64,000 nt of DNA from Octopus sinensis (lineage: Eukaryota), in NCBI RefSeq assembly GCF_006345805.1, contig NC_043004.1, positions 25,110,001-25,174,000 on the forward strand, read 5' to 3'. The translations under genes were made by a program, and so were the position numbers. Below are positions 24,160 to 36,864 of the stretch, piece after piece. The notes under the pieces were generated by a model. The model was given only the letters and a program-made list of their open reading frames with translations. It had not been told where the DNA came from and made no database searches. Positions within the stretch are counted from its first letter, which is position 1; each line of letters begins with the position of its first letter.

Positions 24160-26420
24160 TTGTCATTATAGGGCTGTAGATGGGTAGAATCCTTATAGCG
24201 ATATTTGCTCAAGTTCTGTAATGTTCTGAGTTCAAATCTCGCCGAGGGCAGGTTTGCCTGTCTTTCTTCCTTGGTCGATAAGTAAAGTATCGGTTGAGTA
24301 CTGGGGTCGGTCTATGTAATCGACTAGCCTTCCGAAACCCCAGGCCTACCGAGCAGTAGTAGGTTAGCAGAATCGCTATAGTGATATTTACACTTGCTCT
24401 GTAATGTTCTGAGTTCTTATTCCGCCGAAGGTAATTTTGCCTTTCATCCTCTCGTGGTCGATAATATCGCCCCAGTCAAATACTGGGGGAACATTATTGA
24501 CTTATCCTTTTCCTCAAAATGTCTGGCTTTGTACCTATGTTAGAAACAATCACTAGGGTGATGGTTTGGCCGAATCGTTAGAGCATCGGGAAAAATGCCT
24601 TGCGATATTTGATTATGTTCTTTACCTTTTTACTCTTTTCTTTTCCTCTTTACTCTTTTACTTGTTTCAGTCATTTCACTGTGGCCAAGCTGGTGCACCG
24701 CCTTTAGTCAAGCAAATCGACCCTAGGACTTATTCTTTGGAAGCCCAGTACTTATTCTATCGGTTTCTTTTGCCGAACCGCTAAGTTACGGGGACGTAAA
24801 CACACCAGCATCGGTTGTCAAGCGATATTGGAGGAAAGAAAGACACACAAACATATATACACACACACACATATATACACGACGGGCTTCTTTCAGTTTC
24901 TGTCTACCAAATCCACTCACAAGGCTTTGGTCGGCCCGAGGCTATAGTAGAAGACACTTGCCCAAGGTGCTACGCAGTGGGACTGAACCCGGAACCATGT
25001 GGTTGGTAAGCAAGCTACTTACCACACAGCCACTCCTGCGCCTGTGTACAAACCACACTGACGTCAATCTATTTTATTCTTCATCCTTCCAGGTTCGTTA
25101 GAATAAAATACCTGTCACGTACTGAGAACAAAACAACTTAATCCTTCCTTGAAAATTATTGGTCTTGAGCCAAAATTAGAGACGATCATTACTTGACGGT
25201 GAGTTGGCAGGAGCGTTAGCGAGTCAGAAACAATAGTTCGTGGATTTCTTCTGACTCTTTACGATCTGAGTTCAAATACCATCCTAGTTTTCTTTACTAT
25301 TTATTCTTTTTAAGGAACGATAAAATAAAATACCAGTTAAATATGACCAATGTAATTGACTGAACTCCCCTTTCAAATGTCTGGCCTTATGCTATGTTAT
25401 AAATTATTTTATTGCTATTATTAAAGTTGCCAATAAGGCGGTGAGCTGAGAGAATCGTTATCAAGCCGGATGAAATGCTTACCGGACTTTCATCTGTCAT
25501 TGTGCTCTGAGTTCATATTCCGCCGAGGTCGACTTTACCTTTCATTTCTTTCAGGGTCGATGAAATTAGTACCAGTTGAGTACTGGATCAATGAAATCAA
25601 CTTGCCCCCCTTCCCCCAGAAACTGCTGGCCTTGTACCAAAATTTGAAACATTATTAAAGTTGTCAGCGAGGGGACAGAATTTTTAGCGCATCGGATAAA
25701 ATACTTTGCAGCATTTTTTTTTTGCGACTCTTTACACTCTTGAGTTCAAAAGTCAGCTCGCTGATTACTTCTTTTATCCTTTCGGGGTCGATAAAATAAA
25801 TATCCGTTGTGCACTGAGGTCGATGTAATCGACTTGCCGCCACATCTTCAAAATTACTGGAGTTGTGCTAAAAATTAGAAAGAATTGTTGAAGAAACCAA
25901 CGAGCTGATATCGTTTGTGTCTCGGACAAAATGCTTAGCGGCATTTCTTCAGGTTTCTTATTTTCTGAGTTCAAATTCCGCCTGATCGACATTACTGAGC
26001 ACTACAACCGATGTAATCGATTTTCTTAAACCCCTTAATATTGCAAGACTTGTGCTCTAGAATTTGACAGATTATTGTTGTCGTTTTGGTATCGACAGCA
26101 TGTCAATTCGGGTCTTTCGTATGTTTTAGTTTAACAATTGTAAGAGTCTACATTTAAAACTTCTTGCTTTGCGTTGTTCCAGAAGTGACCAAGCTATTGT
26201 GAAGCTCCTTAATTCTGTTGCATGATCACCATTCGGGACGGAATTTGTAGTTTTTGTGTGAAATTATAAAGTGTGTGTGCATGTGTGTGTGTGGGGGGGG
26301 GAAACATCGAAGTCTTCGATAGAAAGCTAGTGAGATTTAAACGGTGATTGGAAGAGAACTGTTAACAGTACTTTCCACCATCGCCGCCGCCGCCACTACC
26401 ACCACTACCACCATCACCAC

Positions 26421-26463
<43 letters not shown>

Positions 26464-26740
26464 ACCACCGCCGCTGCCGTCACCAAAAACAACCACAACA
26501 GTAGAAGACACATGCCCGAGGTGTCTCGCGGTGGAATTGAACCTGGAACCATGTGATTGGGAAGCAAAATTCTTACCAGTAGTATTTATTCTGGATCTTT
26601 ATTTTCAACGCTCAAATCCTGCCGAGGCCAACTGTGACTTTCATTCTTACGGGGTTTGATAAAATAAAGTACCAGCCAATTACTGGGTTCGATGTAATCG
26701 ACTAACACCCTCTTATACAATTGCTGGTTTTGTGCCATTT
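24160..26740 (+). mobile_element. Cluster of about 8 degenerate SINE family A copies
   Basis: Repeated TTCTGAGTTCAAAT...CCGAGG...TTTCAT(C/T)CTT...GTCGAT cores at about 24230, 24410, 25265, 25505, 25740, 25965 and 26610. Confidence 0.75.
24640..25045 (-). mobile_element. SINE family B, full length
   Basis: Head (reverse complement of CCATGTGGTTGGTAAGCAAGCTACTTACCACACAGCCACTCCTGCGCCT) through the tail TTGTTTCAGTCATTTCACTGTGGCCAAGCTGG. Confidence 0.9.
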
Positions 26741-29085
26741 AGGACGAACGAACTGTCCACCTGGTTGGTAAATCTGGTGATTGCTGGCATGTGTTATTTT
26801 GGAGGGCAGTAACATCCGCTTTCAAGTGAAACGAACAGAGAAGGGTCTGGGACTGGAACCTTAGTGGGAATATATCACTCCAGATTAAACTGGAGGAGTT
26901 GGGAAGTATCCTAGACTTGTGATTCTCAACCATTCTTTACCCAAGGATCCCTTTGATTCTTATTTTACTCTAAGGGACCTCCATAGCTGATCGATTTCTA
27001 TAAAAAAAACCATCCTGCTGCATTTTTATAATAAGGAATTGTATTAAAGAATGTGTATTGTAGAAGTACAAGCAATTTATTGCAGATCAATTTTAACAGC
27101 AAAATTTTATATGGACCACTAAGGGCCACGTGGACCATTGTCCAAGATCTTACCCACCGGCCCGATGAAGTGGAACTGCACCTTATGATTGTTAAGATGC
27201 CTCTTGTGTGGTGCGCAGGGCTGTTTCAGAGTCTTCTGCCCACAGCTAAAAGCAGGAGAGACGAGTCATCTACATTTGTCGCCACCACAGCCTCAATAAC
27301 AGCGACAACAGAAGCAAAAGGAACAAGAACAACAGCAACAGCACCAACACCAATATCAGCTACAATGACACTCATGACAGAATCAAAACACGCAGCCCAG
27401 GAAATGTTTTAACACAAAGCTCTCTCTATCACGCTTCCTATCTCCCCCATATTCAAACACAAACACACACACTGATACACGCGCAAACAAGCCTCCATCA
27501 TCACCCACATCGGATCCTTCTGATGGGGAAATGTTATTTTGTGAGGAAGAAGGACAGCCAAGTAAATAAAAAGGAAACAACGATAAAAAAAGGCATAATA
27601 TTAAAAAAGTTACACCCACTTTGAACGAGACACACGTTCTCGATAGTGTTACTAAAACCACACCCACACCAAAGATAGACAAATACACCACAACAACTTC
27701 TCCACCTGCACCCATTTCAGCAAAAACAAAACACACAAGAGCAGCACTTAACATAGCAATATCAACCAAAACACACCCACTCCAAATTTTGTGCTGATAA
27801 AACGTACGAATGAAAAATAAGATAGAAACTGAGGGAGAGGTCTTCAGGTTCAGCACTGTCAAAATGCTGAAGGAGAATTTCCCCAAGGATATGGCAAGTC
27901 TGCGTGCAAGGGTCCCTAGTAGGAAGATCCTAAAGGACTTCCCAAAGAATCTTCAAAATTTCATGGAAGCCAAGTCACTCAATCCCAGGGACCATCAAAT
28001 GGCTATCGTCTACGCGGCTCATCTTCAGAAGTTGGATCATTGCAATGTACAGTGACATTTGCTCGGTAGTCGGAGTAAATAGTCACTAGTATCATGCGGT
28101 CCATCAAGTGTGACCCTCATCTCTCCCACTGTGCGTAGATTCAAAAGCCTCAACTGCAGAAGTTGGAGGTTTTGCGAGATGACCCGTAGGAACTAGAATG
28201 CATGTCTGCATATGCGGACAACGATACTGTAATAGTATCGGTGCGAGGGTATAGTGCGACTCTAAGGGAATACGAAGCGGTGAGAAGAGCAAAAATTAAC
28301 CGGAAGTCGTTGGACCTTCAAATCGGCATCTGAGGATGCAGGTGCATGCTTTTCTAATAACTTAGTGGGTCGCTAGACAGTCGGACCAGTTAAATAGCTC
28401 GGGTTTTAGTTGGGTTAAAGCCACGAGGTAGACAAGAACAGGAACGATATAACTTGTAGTGTGGCTAGTCTCACCCAGAAATGAGCCAAGAGGAAACTAC
28501 TCCTGATGAGCCAGATGGAGATGATGAATATCAACAGTGAATCTATTATCTATTACCGCCTGACCGTCGTGCCTAGTCTCTCTTCATAAGTGACCAAAAT
28601 GAAAGGCTTCCTATTCCACTTTCTGTGGAAGGGGACTTGTACAGCTGGTCAAACGGCCCATTTGTTGTTAACATCTGCTGCGTGGATGACTGGGCATACC
28701 GTGGCTAATGATGAACCGTCATATGCTGAGGCTACGTACGACATCTCTAGATTTTCCTGACACTGAACTGGTGTGGTTGACGTCCGTTAGACGCGCTTTT
28801 TCGCAGCTCGTCTCTCTGACAGAGCTGCAATCCTAGATCAAGCGTACATCAAGGCAAGGTGCCTAGCACCTTGAGTGCCGTTAGGCGCTTACACCTCTCT
28901 ACCAGTCGGGCAAGGTGGTCGATGGATGTTACGCCATGACGTTAGATTAGTAGTGGGTAAAAGTAATGATGTTCCGGTGGGAATTCTGGACGTCAAAGAA
29001 AATAAACTGGCTGGCCACTTCGGAGGAAATTCGGGCCGGAGATAATTTCCAGAAATCTCTAACCTGGCAGTGCTATCGGAGGGCA
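26740..29085 (+). mobile_element. L1/Tx1-like LINE, heavily deleted and decayed
   Basis: Degenerate knuckle RCLLCGAQGCFRVFCP at about 27195; low-complexity ORF1 region; RT piece DICSVVGVN...RSI at about 28055; FHFLWKG...LGIPWL at about 28610; segments similar to 18700-18850 and 48430-48700. Confidence 0.7.
26915..27145. mobile_element. Probable hAT-type MITE remnant inserted in the LINE
   Basis: Starts (T)GTGATTCTCAACCATT, resembling hAT/Charlie CAGTGGTTCTCAA termini. The right end is unclear. Confidence 0.4.
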
Positions 29086-29089
29086 TTGC

Positions 29090-29585
29090 CGGTTGTCGAT
29101 GTAATCGACAGACCTCACAATTTCAGACCTTGTGTTTGTAGAAGAAAGAAAAAAGGTGGCGAGCTGGCAGAATCATTAGCACACCGGGCAAAATGCCAAG
29201 CTGCATTTCGTCCGTTTTCACGTTCTAAGTTCAAATACCACAGAGGTTGACTTTATCTTTAATCCTTTTTGGGTCGATAAAATAAGTACAGTCAAGTACT
29301 AGGGTCGATGCAATCGACTTTCCTCTTCCCTCAAAACTGCAGGCCCTGTACTAAAATTTGAAACTATTCTTAGAGTGGCGAGCTGGCAAAATTGTTAGGG
29401 AATCGGAGAATTCCTTGTGGTGGTTCTTCCATCACTTTACATTGTAAGTTCAAATTCCTACCGTGGTCGAATTTGCTCTCCATTCCTTCGGGGTCAATAA
29501 AATAAAGTACCAGTCAAGTAAGTACTGGACTGGATGTAATTGACCTGCCGTCTGCCCTAAAAATTGCAGGCCTTGTGCGAAAATT
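29090..29585 (+). mobile_element. Tandem SINE family A variants
   Basis: GGCGAGCTGGCA heads at about 29158 and 29377 with cores and AAATTGCAGGCC(C/T)TGT tails. Confidence 0.7.
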
Positions 29586-30654
29586 AGCGAGGGTTATAGC
29601 ACTGAAATAATAATTTCAATTTAAAATGAGAGGCAAATTCGATCTTAGCGAGAATTAAATTGAGAACTTAAAGAAACCTAACTAAACACTGACAGAAATT
29701 TGATCTGTTTCTGAATACCAGTCTACGGTTATCTTTCAGGTGAAAATCCAGGTAAAACATCGACTTCCTGGACACCTCTTGTAATCCACAGTCATTCACG
29801 AGCAGGAACGTCACATTCCTGCTGTCGCCAGCCTTGTTTACTGGCACCTTGCACAATACTGTATTAATAAACATGTACTCTTTTAATTAATTAATTAATT
29901 TGATATTTGTTTAATTTACTTATGACCATACATGTCCCGGAAAAATCAGTAGTCCTGAAATGTTTTGGAATCAGATTGTTTCGGAAAATTGATAATGTAT
30001 CTGTACTGGTTTCTACCAGTGGGAAAGGTATGACCAATTTCTATCCGTGGGAAGGGTATGACTGGCACGTTATTTTGTCAACCTCGGAAAGTTGAAATTT
30101 TTCAGGCCTTAATATTGATTTTTCAATGTGGTATAAAGTTAAAAATTATTTTCTCCTTTATTTATAATTTTATCGACTTCCTGAGGGTTGAAAAGTAAAA
30201 AGTAATTTTGGTCTTGGCACAATTTGAACTCAGAACGGAGAAGGAACGACGAAGCTAGATAACGCATGGTATGTTGTGTGGCGCTGTTACTTAATCCACT
30301 CCCCCTTAACATTCTTCAAATAACAACTTATTGTACAGCCCCTACAAGGATGGGAATTCAAAATGATGTGGCACCGAATTAGCTGCTACGAACCATCTGG
30401 TCCAGACATCCAGCAAAGGAGGGGAAGAAGGAAGGCACTGGTGGTAACGGTGGGTGGGGGAATAAAAGAAATGAGGAGGATGAGGATATAAAAAATAGGA
30501 AGAAAAAATAAGAAGATCAATAAACAAAATGAAGACAAGAATAGCAATAACAAAATGAAGGAGAAAAAAATAAGTCAGAGAAAGAAAAATAAGACAGAGA
30601 AGGAAAACTGACAAAGAATAAAAAGAAAAAAAATGAAAAAGAAGAAGTAAGAGA

Positions 30655-30754
30655 AGAAGAAGAAGAAGAAGAAGAAGAAGAAGAAGAAGAAGAAGAAGAA
30701 GAAGAAGAAGAAGAAGAAGAAGAAGAAGAAGAAGAAGAAGAAGAAGAAGAAGAA

Positions 30755-30790
<36 letters not shown>
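30655..30790. repeat. (GAA)n followed by (GAT)n
   Basis: Direct inspection. Confidence 0.95.
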
Positions 30791-31199
30791 AAAGATGGTG
30801 TGGGCGATTCATTCTTTTCTTTGTCATTTACCTTCGAAGAATGGAATGCTGCTGTTTGGAACTGACCATTCCTTAAGTTCAACAAAAAAAAACAAAAAAA
30901 AAAAAACAAATAGCGATAAGAAATACACTAAGGATGGCTATCAATGAGTTTTAAAATGGGTGGATGTTGAGAGAGGGGGTGGGAAAGAGAGAGGGGGTAG
31001 AAAGTGAGAAAAAAGAGAGGCGGAGAAAGAAAAGGAAAGAGGGGGAAAGACAGGGGAAAGAGGGTGCGTGCAGACAGAATACTGTGACGAATAACAGCAA
31101 AGTAAAGAATTAAAAGACAAAAGTTTCCACCGCAAAATGAAATTAATGGCTTCGTCGTGGTTGAGGTGAAGGTGAGGTGGGTTTGGTAATTTTTTTTTC

Positions 31200-31610
31200 T
31201 TTTATTTTCTTTTACTCGTTTCAGTCAGTTGATTGCGGCCATGCTGGGGCATTGTCTCGAAAGGTTTTAGTCGAATAAATCGACCCAAGACTTTTTTTTA
31301 AAGCCTAGTACTTATTCTATCGATTTCTCAGACCGAACCGCTAAGTTACGGGGACATAAGCACACCAGATTTTCAAGCGATGCCGAAGAGAGGCATAGGC
31401 ACAAAGACATACACACATAGATATATACATTAATATATACTACGGGCTTCTTTCAGTTTCCGTCTATCAAACCCAGTCACAAAGCTTTGGTCGGCTCGAG
31501 GCTCTAGTAGAAGACAGGCATTTGCCCAAGGTACCACACAGTGGGACTGAACCCAGAGCCATGTGGATGGAAAGCAAGCTTCTTACCACACAGCGAAGCT
31601 GCGCCTAAGG
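31200..31610 (-). mobile_element. SINE family B
   Basis: Aligns by eye with 24640-25045. Confidence 0.85.
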
Positions 31611-32430
31611 TATTGTTGAACACTCTGGGCAGAGAGCGCAGGGCGGGTTGCATTGGCAGAGGTCAGAAATAACAGTGAAGGTAGAGCGGGTAGTTGTGGT
31701 TGTGTGAGCAGAGAGGGCAGTAATACAAGAGAAAAGGAGAGAATTAATTAATGGTAAATTTATTGAATTATTTCTGAAAACTTTATCCAAAAAAACCTGA
31801 AAGCGTAGCTTGTGTCTATATCAAAAGATAGTCGCTCATCTGCTAATCATTGAAAAGTGAAAGAAATTGGAATGCGATGATTACTTAATACATTTTATAT
31901 AATTTATGCATAATTTTATAGACTTAATACACAAAACTCTCCCTCACTCTTCGCCTTACCCTTATTTTCTCTCCTTTTTCTTTCGCTCTTCGCTTTTCAT
32001 TCAACTAATCGCGTTACAGTCGGGCTAAGTAACGGAGGAAAAGACTTAGGTAAAAAAACAAACAAACAAAAAAACACATTACACATTTCATTCATCACCA
32101 CCTCTCAGTTGACCAATTGAGTAAACCTATCTATAATGACTATCGGAAACAGCTGTAAGCTAAATTTGCTATAATAAAGGAATTACATGTAATGACCATT
32201 ATTTTAACTTGTTTCTTATATATCACTCTGCAAAAACCAGGTTATCTGAAGCCCATCCACGGATTTACAATACAGAATTGTGTTGAACCATAACTTTAGA
32301 CCCTACCAAAAGTTTACTTAGAGTTCTTCACTAACCTAAGTAATATTGTTAGCCTGGTGTGCCAACAGAGAGCTTATGAAATATTTTGCCTTGCCTTTTT
32401 GTCGCCGATATCACTGATTTAACTAATATA

Positions 32431-33503
32431 TTGGGTTGGCAGCTAAGTTCCCGCGTTTTTTTTTAATTTTGGAATTTATTGCGTTTTTAAATTTTGGAAT
32501 CTATTTTTTTCTGGTTAATTTTAGTTAATTTTTGTTTATTTTCAGATCATTAAAATGGAATGTCAAGTTAAGAAAAACGAGCATTTTCGACACCTTTTTG
32601 CTTTTAATCAAAGTTCTAAGGCCGCAAAAGCTGCTCGCGACATTTATGCTGTGTATGGAGAGGGTGCCGTAGCTGAAAGAACCACACGTGATTGGTATGC
32701 CAAGTTCAAAAATGGAAATTTTGACTTCAACTACGCACCTCGTTCTGGCCGTCCAGTTGAGTTCGATGAAGAATGATTAAACCAACTTTTGCACAAAAAT
32801 TCTCGTCAAACGACAAGGGAACTGGCAAAGGAAATGGAATGCTCCCGCTTTGCTATAGAAAACATTTTTTGCTCGATGGGAAAGGTTCAGAAGTATGGAG
32901 CATCTGTTCCACATGCTTTAAGTGACATTAACAAAAATCAACAAGCCTCAATCTCCGCTGGTTTGCTTGCTAGTCACCGCTCAACTCATGAACACAAGCA
33001 ACGATTTCTTTACCGAATCGTTACTGGCGACGAAAAATGGTGCCTGTACATCAATATGAAGCAGCGTAAGGAATGGCTTAGCTCCGGTTAACAAGCGACA
33101 CCACGCGTGAAACAAGTTCTTCATCCGCGTAAAACGATGTTGTGCATATCGCCAATATGACCAAGGAAGCCATTCAAATGCATGGCTGGGAAGTGCTGCT
33201 ACATCCGCCGTACTCTCCTGATTTGGCACCAAAGGATTTCCACCTTTTTCGATCTCTTTCAAATGCTATGCGCGGAGTTTCATTCAATACTGATGCAGAA
33301 TTGAGAGCTTGGTTGGATCAATTTTTCGAGTCGAAACCGGGTGATTTCTATCAACGAGGTATTGAAAATTTTGTTGAACGTTGGGAAGAAGTTGTAAACA
33401 ACAAGAGTGAATACGTTATTGATTAATTAGTTGTTATTTTCATTAAACCTTTTAAAAAGTTAAAATTTAGAAAATAACTGCGGGAACTTAGTTGCCAACC
33501 CAA
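32431..33503 (+). mobile_element. Mariner transposon with intact TIRs and TA TSD; transposase pseudogene with internal deletion
   Basis: TIRs TTGGGTTGGCAGCTAAGTTCCCG / CGGGAACTTAGTTGCCAACCCAA flanked by TA. ORF pieces PRSGRP, IVTGDEKW, HPPYSPDLAPKDFHLF; stops, and loss of the segment around the second catalytic D. Confidence 0.95.
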
Positions 33504-33779
33504 TATATTAAGATTTAAATAGCATTCAGAATTTCCGGTACTACTTGATGGGAGTACTACTTGGTGGGATGCATTACGTGAGATCTATGGAAAAATTAGG
33601 TTCGGGCAGTTTACGTGCATCATAAATCCTGGTATTGATTTTTCGTACCTGAAATAACAGTTCTAGCTGGCAGGCGCTTCTAGAAAAGTGGCGTTTCATC
33701 AAAATTCTATTTTTTCTTTGGTGTGCAGCCCCTTCAGCAACAATTTTCTTCAACTACTCACGATAATTAGTTGCAGCCT

Positions 33780-33960
33780 CTGTCTGTATCAGTGCTCGTA
33801 GTTTAATCAGTCATTTTTATATTGTGCAAATTCATGCGCTTCTTAAACCTTTCAAACCAACCTTTACTAGCCAGAAAGGGTTTTTCATTAGAAGTTTCTC
33901 CTTACTTTTCAACAAATGGTCAAAACTTGAATAATTTTGAATTATCATTATGTTTATAGA
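33780..33960 (+). repeat. Unclassified dispersed repeat (copy 1; copy 2 at 53009-53200)
   Basis: TGTATCAG(T/C)GCTCG(T/C)AGTTTAAT(C/T)AGTCATTTT...TTTCAAACCAA...GAATTATCAT is shared over about 180 bp. Confidence 0.7.
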
Positions 33961-34490
33961 TACATTTCGCCGGTTCTGATCCTCAATCTACGCACTCACG
34001 ATTCATTCAATTTTAAGCATTCTTTAGATCTATAGAAAAATAAGGTCCTGGCAGTTAACGAAGTAACTTCTTGAGCAATAGACATAATTTTCTCAATGTT
34101 GTAATGTATCGTTCCAACTGTAGACGTTACAAGATCTTATGTTTAGGCAATGTAAGTTTCCCTCTCTCACGCGCATCAACTCTTTTAAAGATATCAAGTG
34201 CAATATCCAGTGTATCTTTTTAGCGCAACTGCCTTGCGTTCTACTTGATATCTTCTTTCGAGACATCTTAAATTAAATTCAACAGCAGCGGCGATTAATT
34301 ATCCACAACAAATACGTAGTAGAAAATAAATTGTCTCACGAAAGATCTATTTTGTGAGAGCGGAAAATTGTCTTGTTCCTATGGATTTAATTATGAAAAT
34401 GAGCTGAAAAGGTGAAGGACTGAGGAACAGAAAGTATTATATGATTACAGTTAACGCTTCTATATTTTAGAGATGAGTAATTCTGTACAG

Positions 34491-34619
34491 GTATGTGTCC
34501 TCATTTTGTTTGTTGTCACCACAACGTTTCAGCTGATTTACTCTCCAGAGCTTCACCGGGTGTCCTGGTAAAATTTTGAACCCAACCCTGGGTTCTCATT
34601 CCTAAGGTCTTTTTGCTGA

Positions 34620-34656
<37 letters not shown>

Positions 34657-34780
34657 ATTATTATTATTAATTCAAGGCACTGGTTGGAATTGAACTTGCC
34701 TGATGAAGGACACTTGATGAAGGCCGGAGAGTAAATCAGACGAAACGTTGTGGTAACAACAAACAAGATGAGAACACATA
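34491..34780. mobile_element. Inverted-repeat element with hammerhead-like motifs in both arms (probable PLE derivative)
   Basis: 34491-34558 is the reverse complement of 34716-34780 with a few mismatches. The right arm reads TTGATGAAGGCCG-GAGAGTAAAT-CAGAC-GAAACGTT. Confidence 0.6.
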
Positions 34781-34966
34781 TCCGGCCAATGTAAATAATG
34801 TAAATAAGATTACAGTTAATTCAAGAGTCACCAGATTTCATTGGCAATTCACCCCTTGCACTTCAAGGCGATACCCCAGCATGGCTGTATTCTGATGACT
34901 GAAACAAATAAAAAGTACTCCAGCATGGCCACAGCCTTCGGGCTGAAGCGTATGAAAGAATAAAAG

Positions 34967-35019
<53 letters not shown>

Positions 35020-35043
35020 TTATACACACACACACACACACAC

Positions 35044-35074
<31 letters not shown>

Positions 35075-35086
35075 CTACACGCATAC

Positions 35087-35312
35087 GCGAGCTGGCAGAC
35101 ACGTTAGCCTCTCCGGGCGAAATGCTTAGCGGTATTTCGTCTGTCGTTACGTTCTGAGTTCAAATTCCGCCGAGGCCAACTTTGCCTTTCATCCTTTCGG
35201 GGTCGGTAAATAAAGTACCAGTTTCGCACTGGGGGCGACATAATCGACTCAATTCCTTCGTCTGTCCTTGTTTGTCCCCTCTATGTTTAGCCCCTTGTGG
35301 GCAGTAAAGAAA
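35087..35312 (+). mobile_element. SINE family A
   Basis: Head, core and CCCCTTGTGGGCAGTAAAGAAAT tail. Confidence 0.85.
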
Positions 35313-35495
35313 TATATATATATGTACACGTTTTTTTATTAATAATCGGCAGAAGTCACTGAGTAACTCAAGGGCAGAGAGTTACATATGCTGGTACTCA
35401 TTAACTGCTTTCCAATCAAGGCTTCACAAATTTGTATATAAATGATAAGTGCATTTCCTCTTTTGAGTTCTATTATCCTCTTTGCATTTCCAATC

Positions 35496-35557
<62 letters not shown>

Positions 35558-35606
35558 TGTGTGTGTTAAATCTTCATTTAAACACACTTACATACCCATA
35601 TGCATA

Positions 35607-36779
35607 CGAGGGTCGGCTGACCAAATTAGGTTTACTTTTCAACTTCCCAGCCAACGCATTTCTTTCTATTGCAGTGCTTGGATCCCATTGGTGAAGAAGC
35701 TTTCATCCTGTTGATCAAAAAGGTTTACAGCAGATATGACGTCATCGTCACTTCAATACTAGTGTTCAGCCAACTGTTTTTTTTTCTCCTATTGGGGAAC
35801 AGGTGATACTCAAATGGAGACAAATCGCGAGAATAAGGAGACTGATCAACCGGCTCAAAGCCTCAGTTCGTACAACTGCCATTGATGAAACAAGGGCCTT
35901 TTCGTCAGTTTTAATGGTCTTGATTGCCTTTTGTATCTGTCTCAGCAAGTTGGCATAGTATTCTCCATTGATGTATGGCCCTTTTGGGTTCATAAGCACA
36001 ATGCGTTCTGCATCATCAAAAGGCTGAAACCATCACCTTCCATGCAGATGGAACAACCTTGGCTCTCTTTGGAGAGAGTGAGGAGAGGTGCTTCTACTGC
36101 ATGTATTGCTTCCTTGTCTCTAGCTCAAAGTGACAAATCCAACACTCATCCTGGTTTAGGAAACGTTCAAGGAAATCAGCTGGATCAAAGTTAGATTTTC
36201 CCGTTATGTAATGAGTCTACAGCGCTTTTTATCAGGTGTCAGAAAATGTGGCACCCATTGAGTAGAAACCATCGTCTTGCCAAGTTCATCGCGCAGAATA
36301 TTTTCAACTCTCTCACGGAATATGCTATTAACATTGGTTATTTGATTTATAGTCAATCGCTTGTCATCCATCACCATGTGGTGAGCACAATTAGTGTTTT
36401 CCTCGGCGGTAACAGTTGAGGACGTCAAAACCTGGAATCATCTTCAAGACTCTCCGTCACCCTCGTAGATTTAGCTGCACTGTTGATAAAGCTGGAACAT
36501 CATCTCTTAATATAGCAAACATATCAGCATGAATGTCGTTGGGGACTAAACCCTTTTCCTGCAGGTACTCGATAACACCACGATGCCAAATTATGTTCAC
36601 TTTCAAGAGAAGTCGCAACTGGTTACATTTGAAGTCTTCTTTGAACAGTGAGATGTCAGTTTACCTGTAACGAAACAATGTTGTTATTAATAAGGAGTGT
36701 TGAAATTAATGAATGCACGATTTCACAGCTTTAGCTGACTCCTTCATTGTCAGCCTACGAACTTTTCAGCCCACCCTCG
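35607..36779 (-). mobile_element. Mariner transposon, decayed
   Basis: TA-CGAGGGTCGGCTGA ... TCAGCCCACCCTCG-TA termini. Minus-strand pieces DKRLTINQI...WVPHFLT and INGEYYANLLRQ. Confidence 0.85.
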
Positions 36780-36801
36780 TATAATATATTCAACTACTCC
36801 C

Positions 36802-36864
<63 letters not shown>

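Noticed and set aside
27810-28055. 81-aa non-repetitive ORF MKNKIETEGEVFRF...
   Set aside because: It sits between the LINE ORF1 low-complexity region and RT debris, so it is best explained as retroelement ORF1 C-terminus.
28503-28540. CTGATGA hammerhead core
   Set aside because: No stem II followed by GAAA; it lies inside a LINE.
32555-33426. Functional or domesticated (SETMAR-like) mariner transposase
   Set aside because: In-frame stops and an internal deletion removing a catalytic segment; the TIRs and TA TSD show an ordinary insertion.
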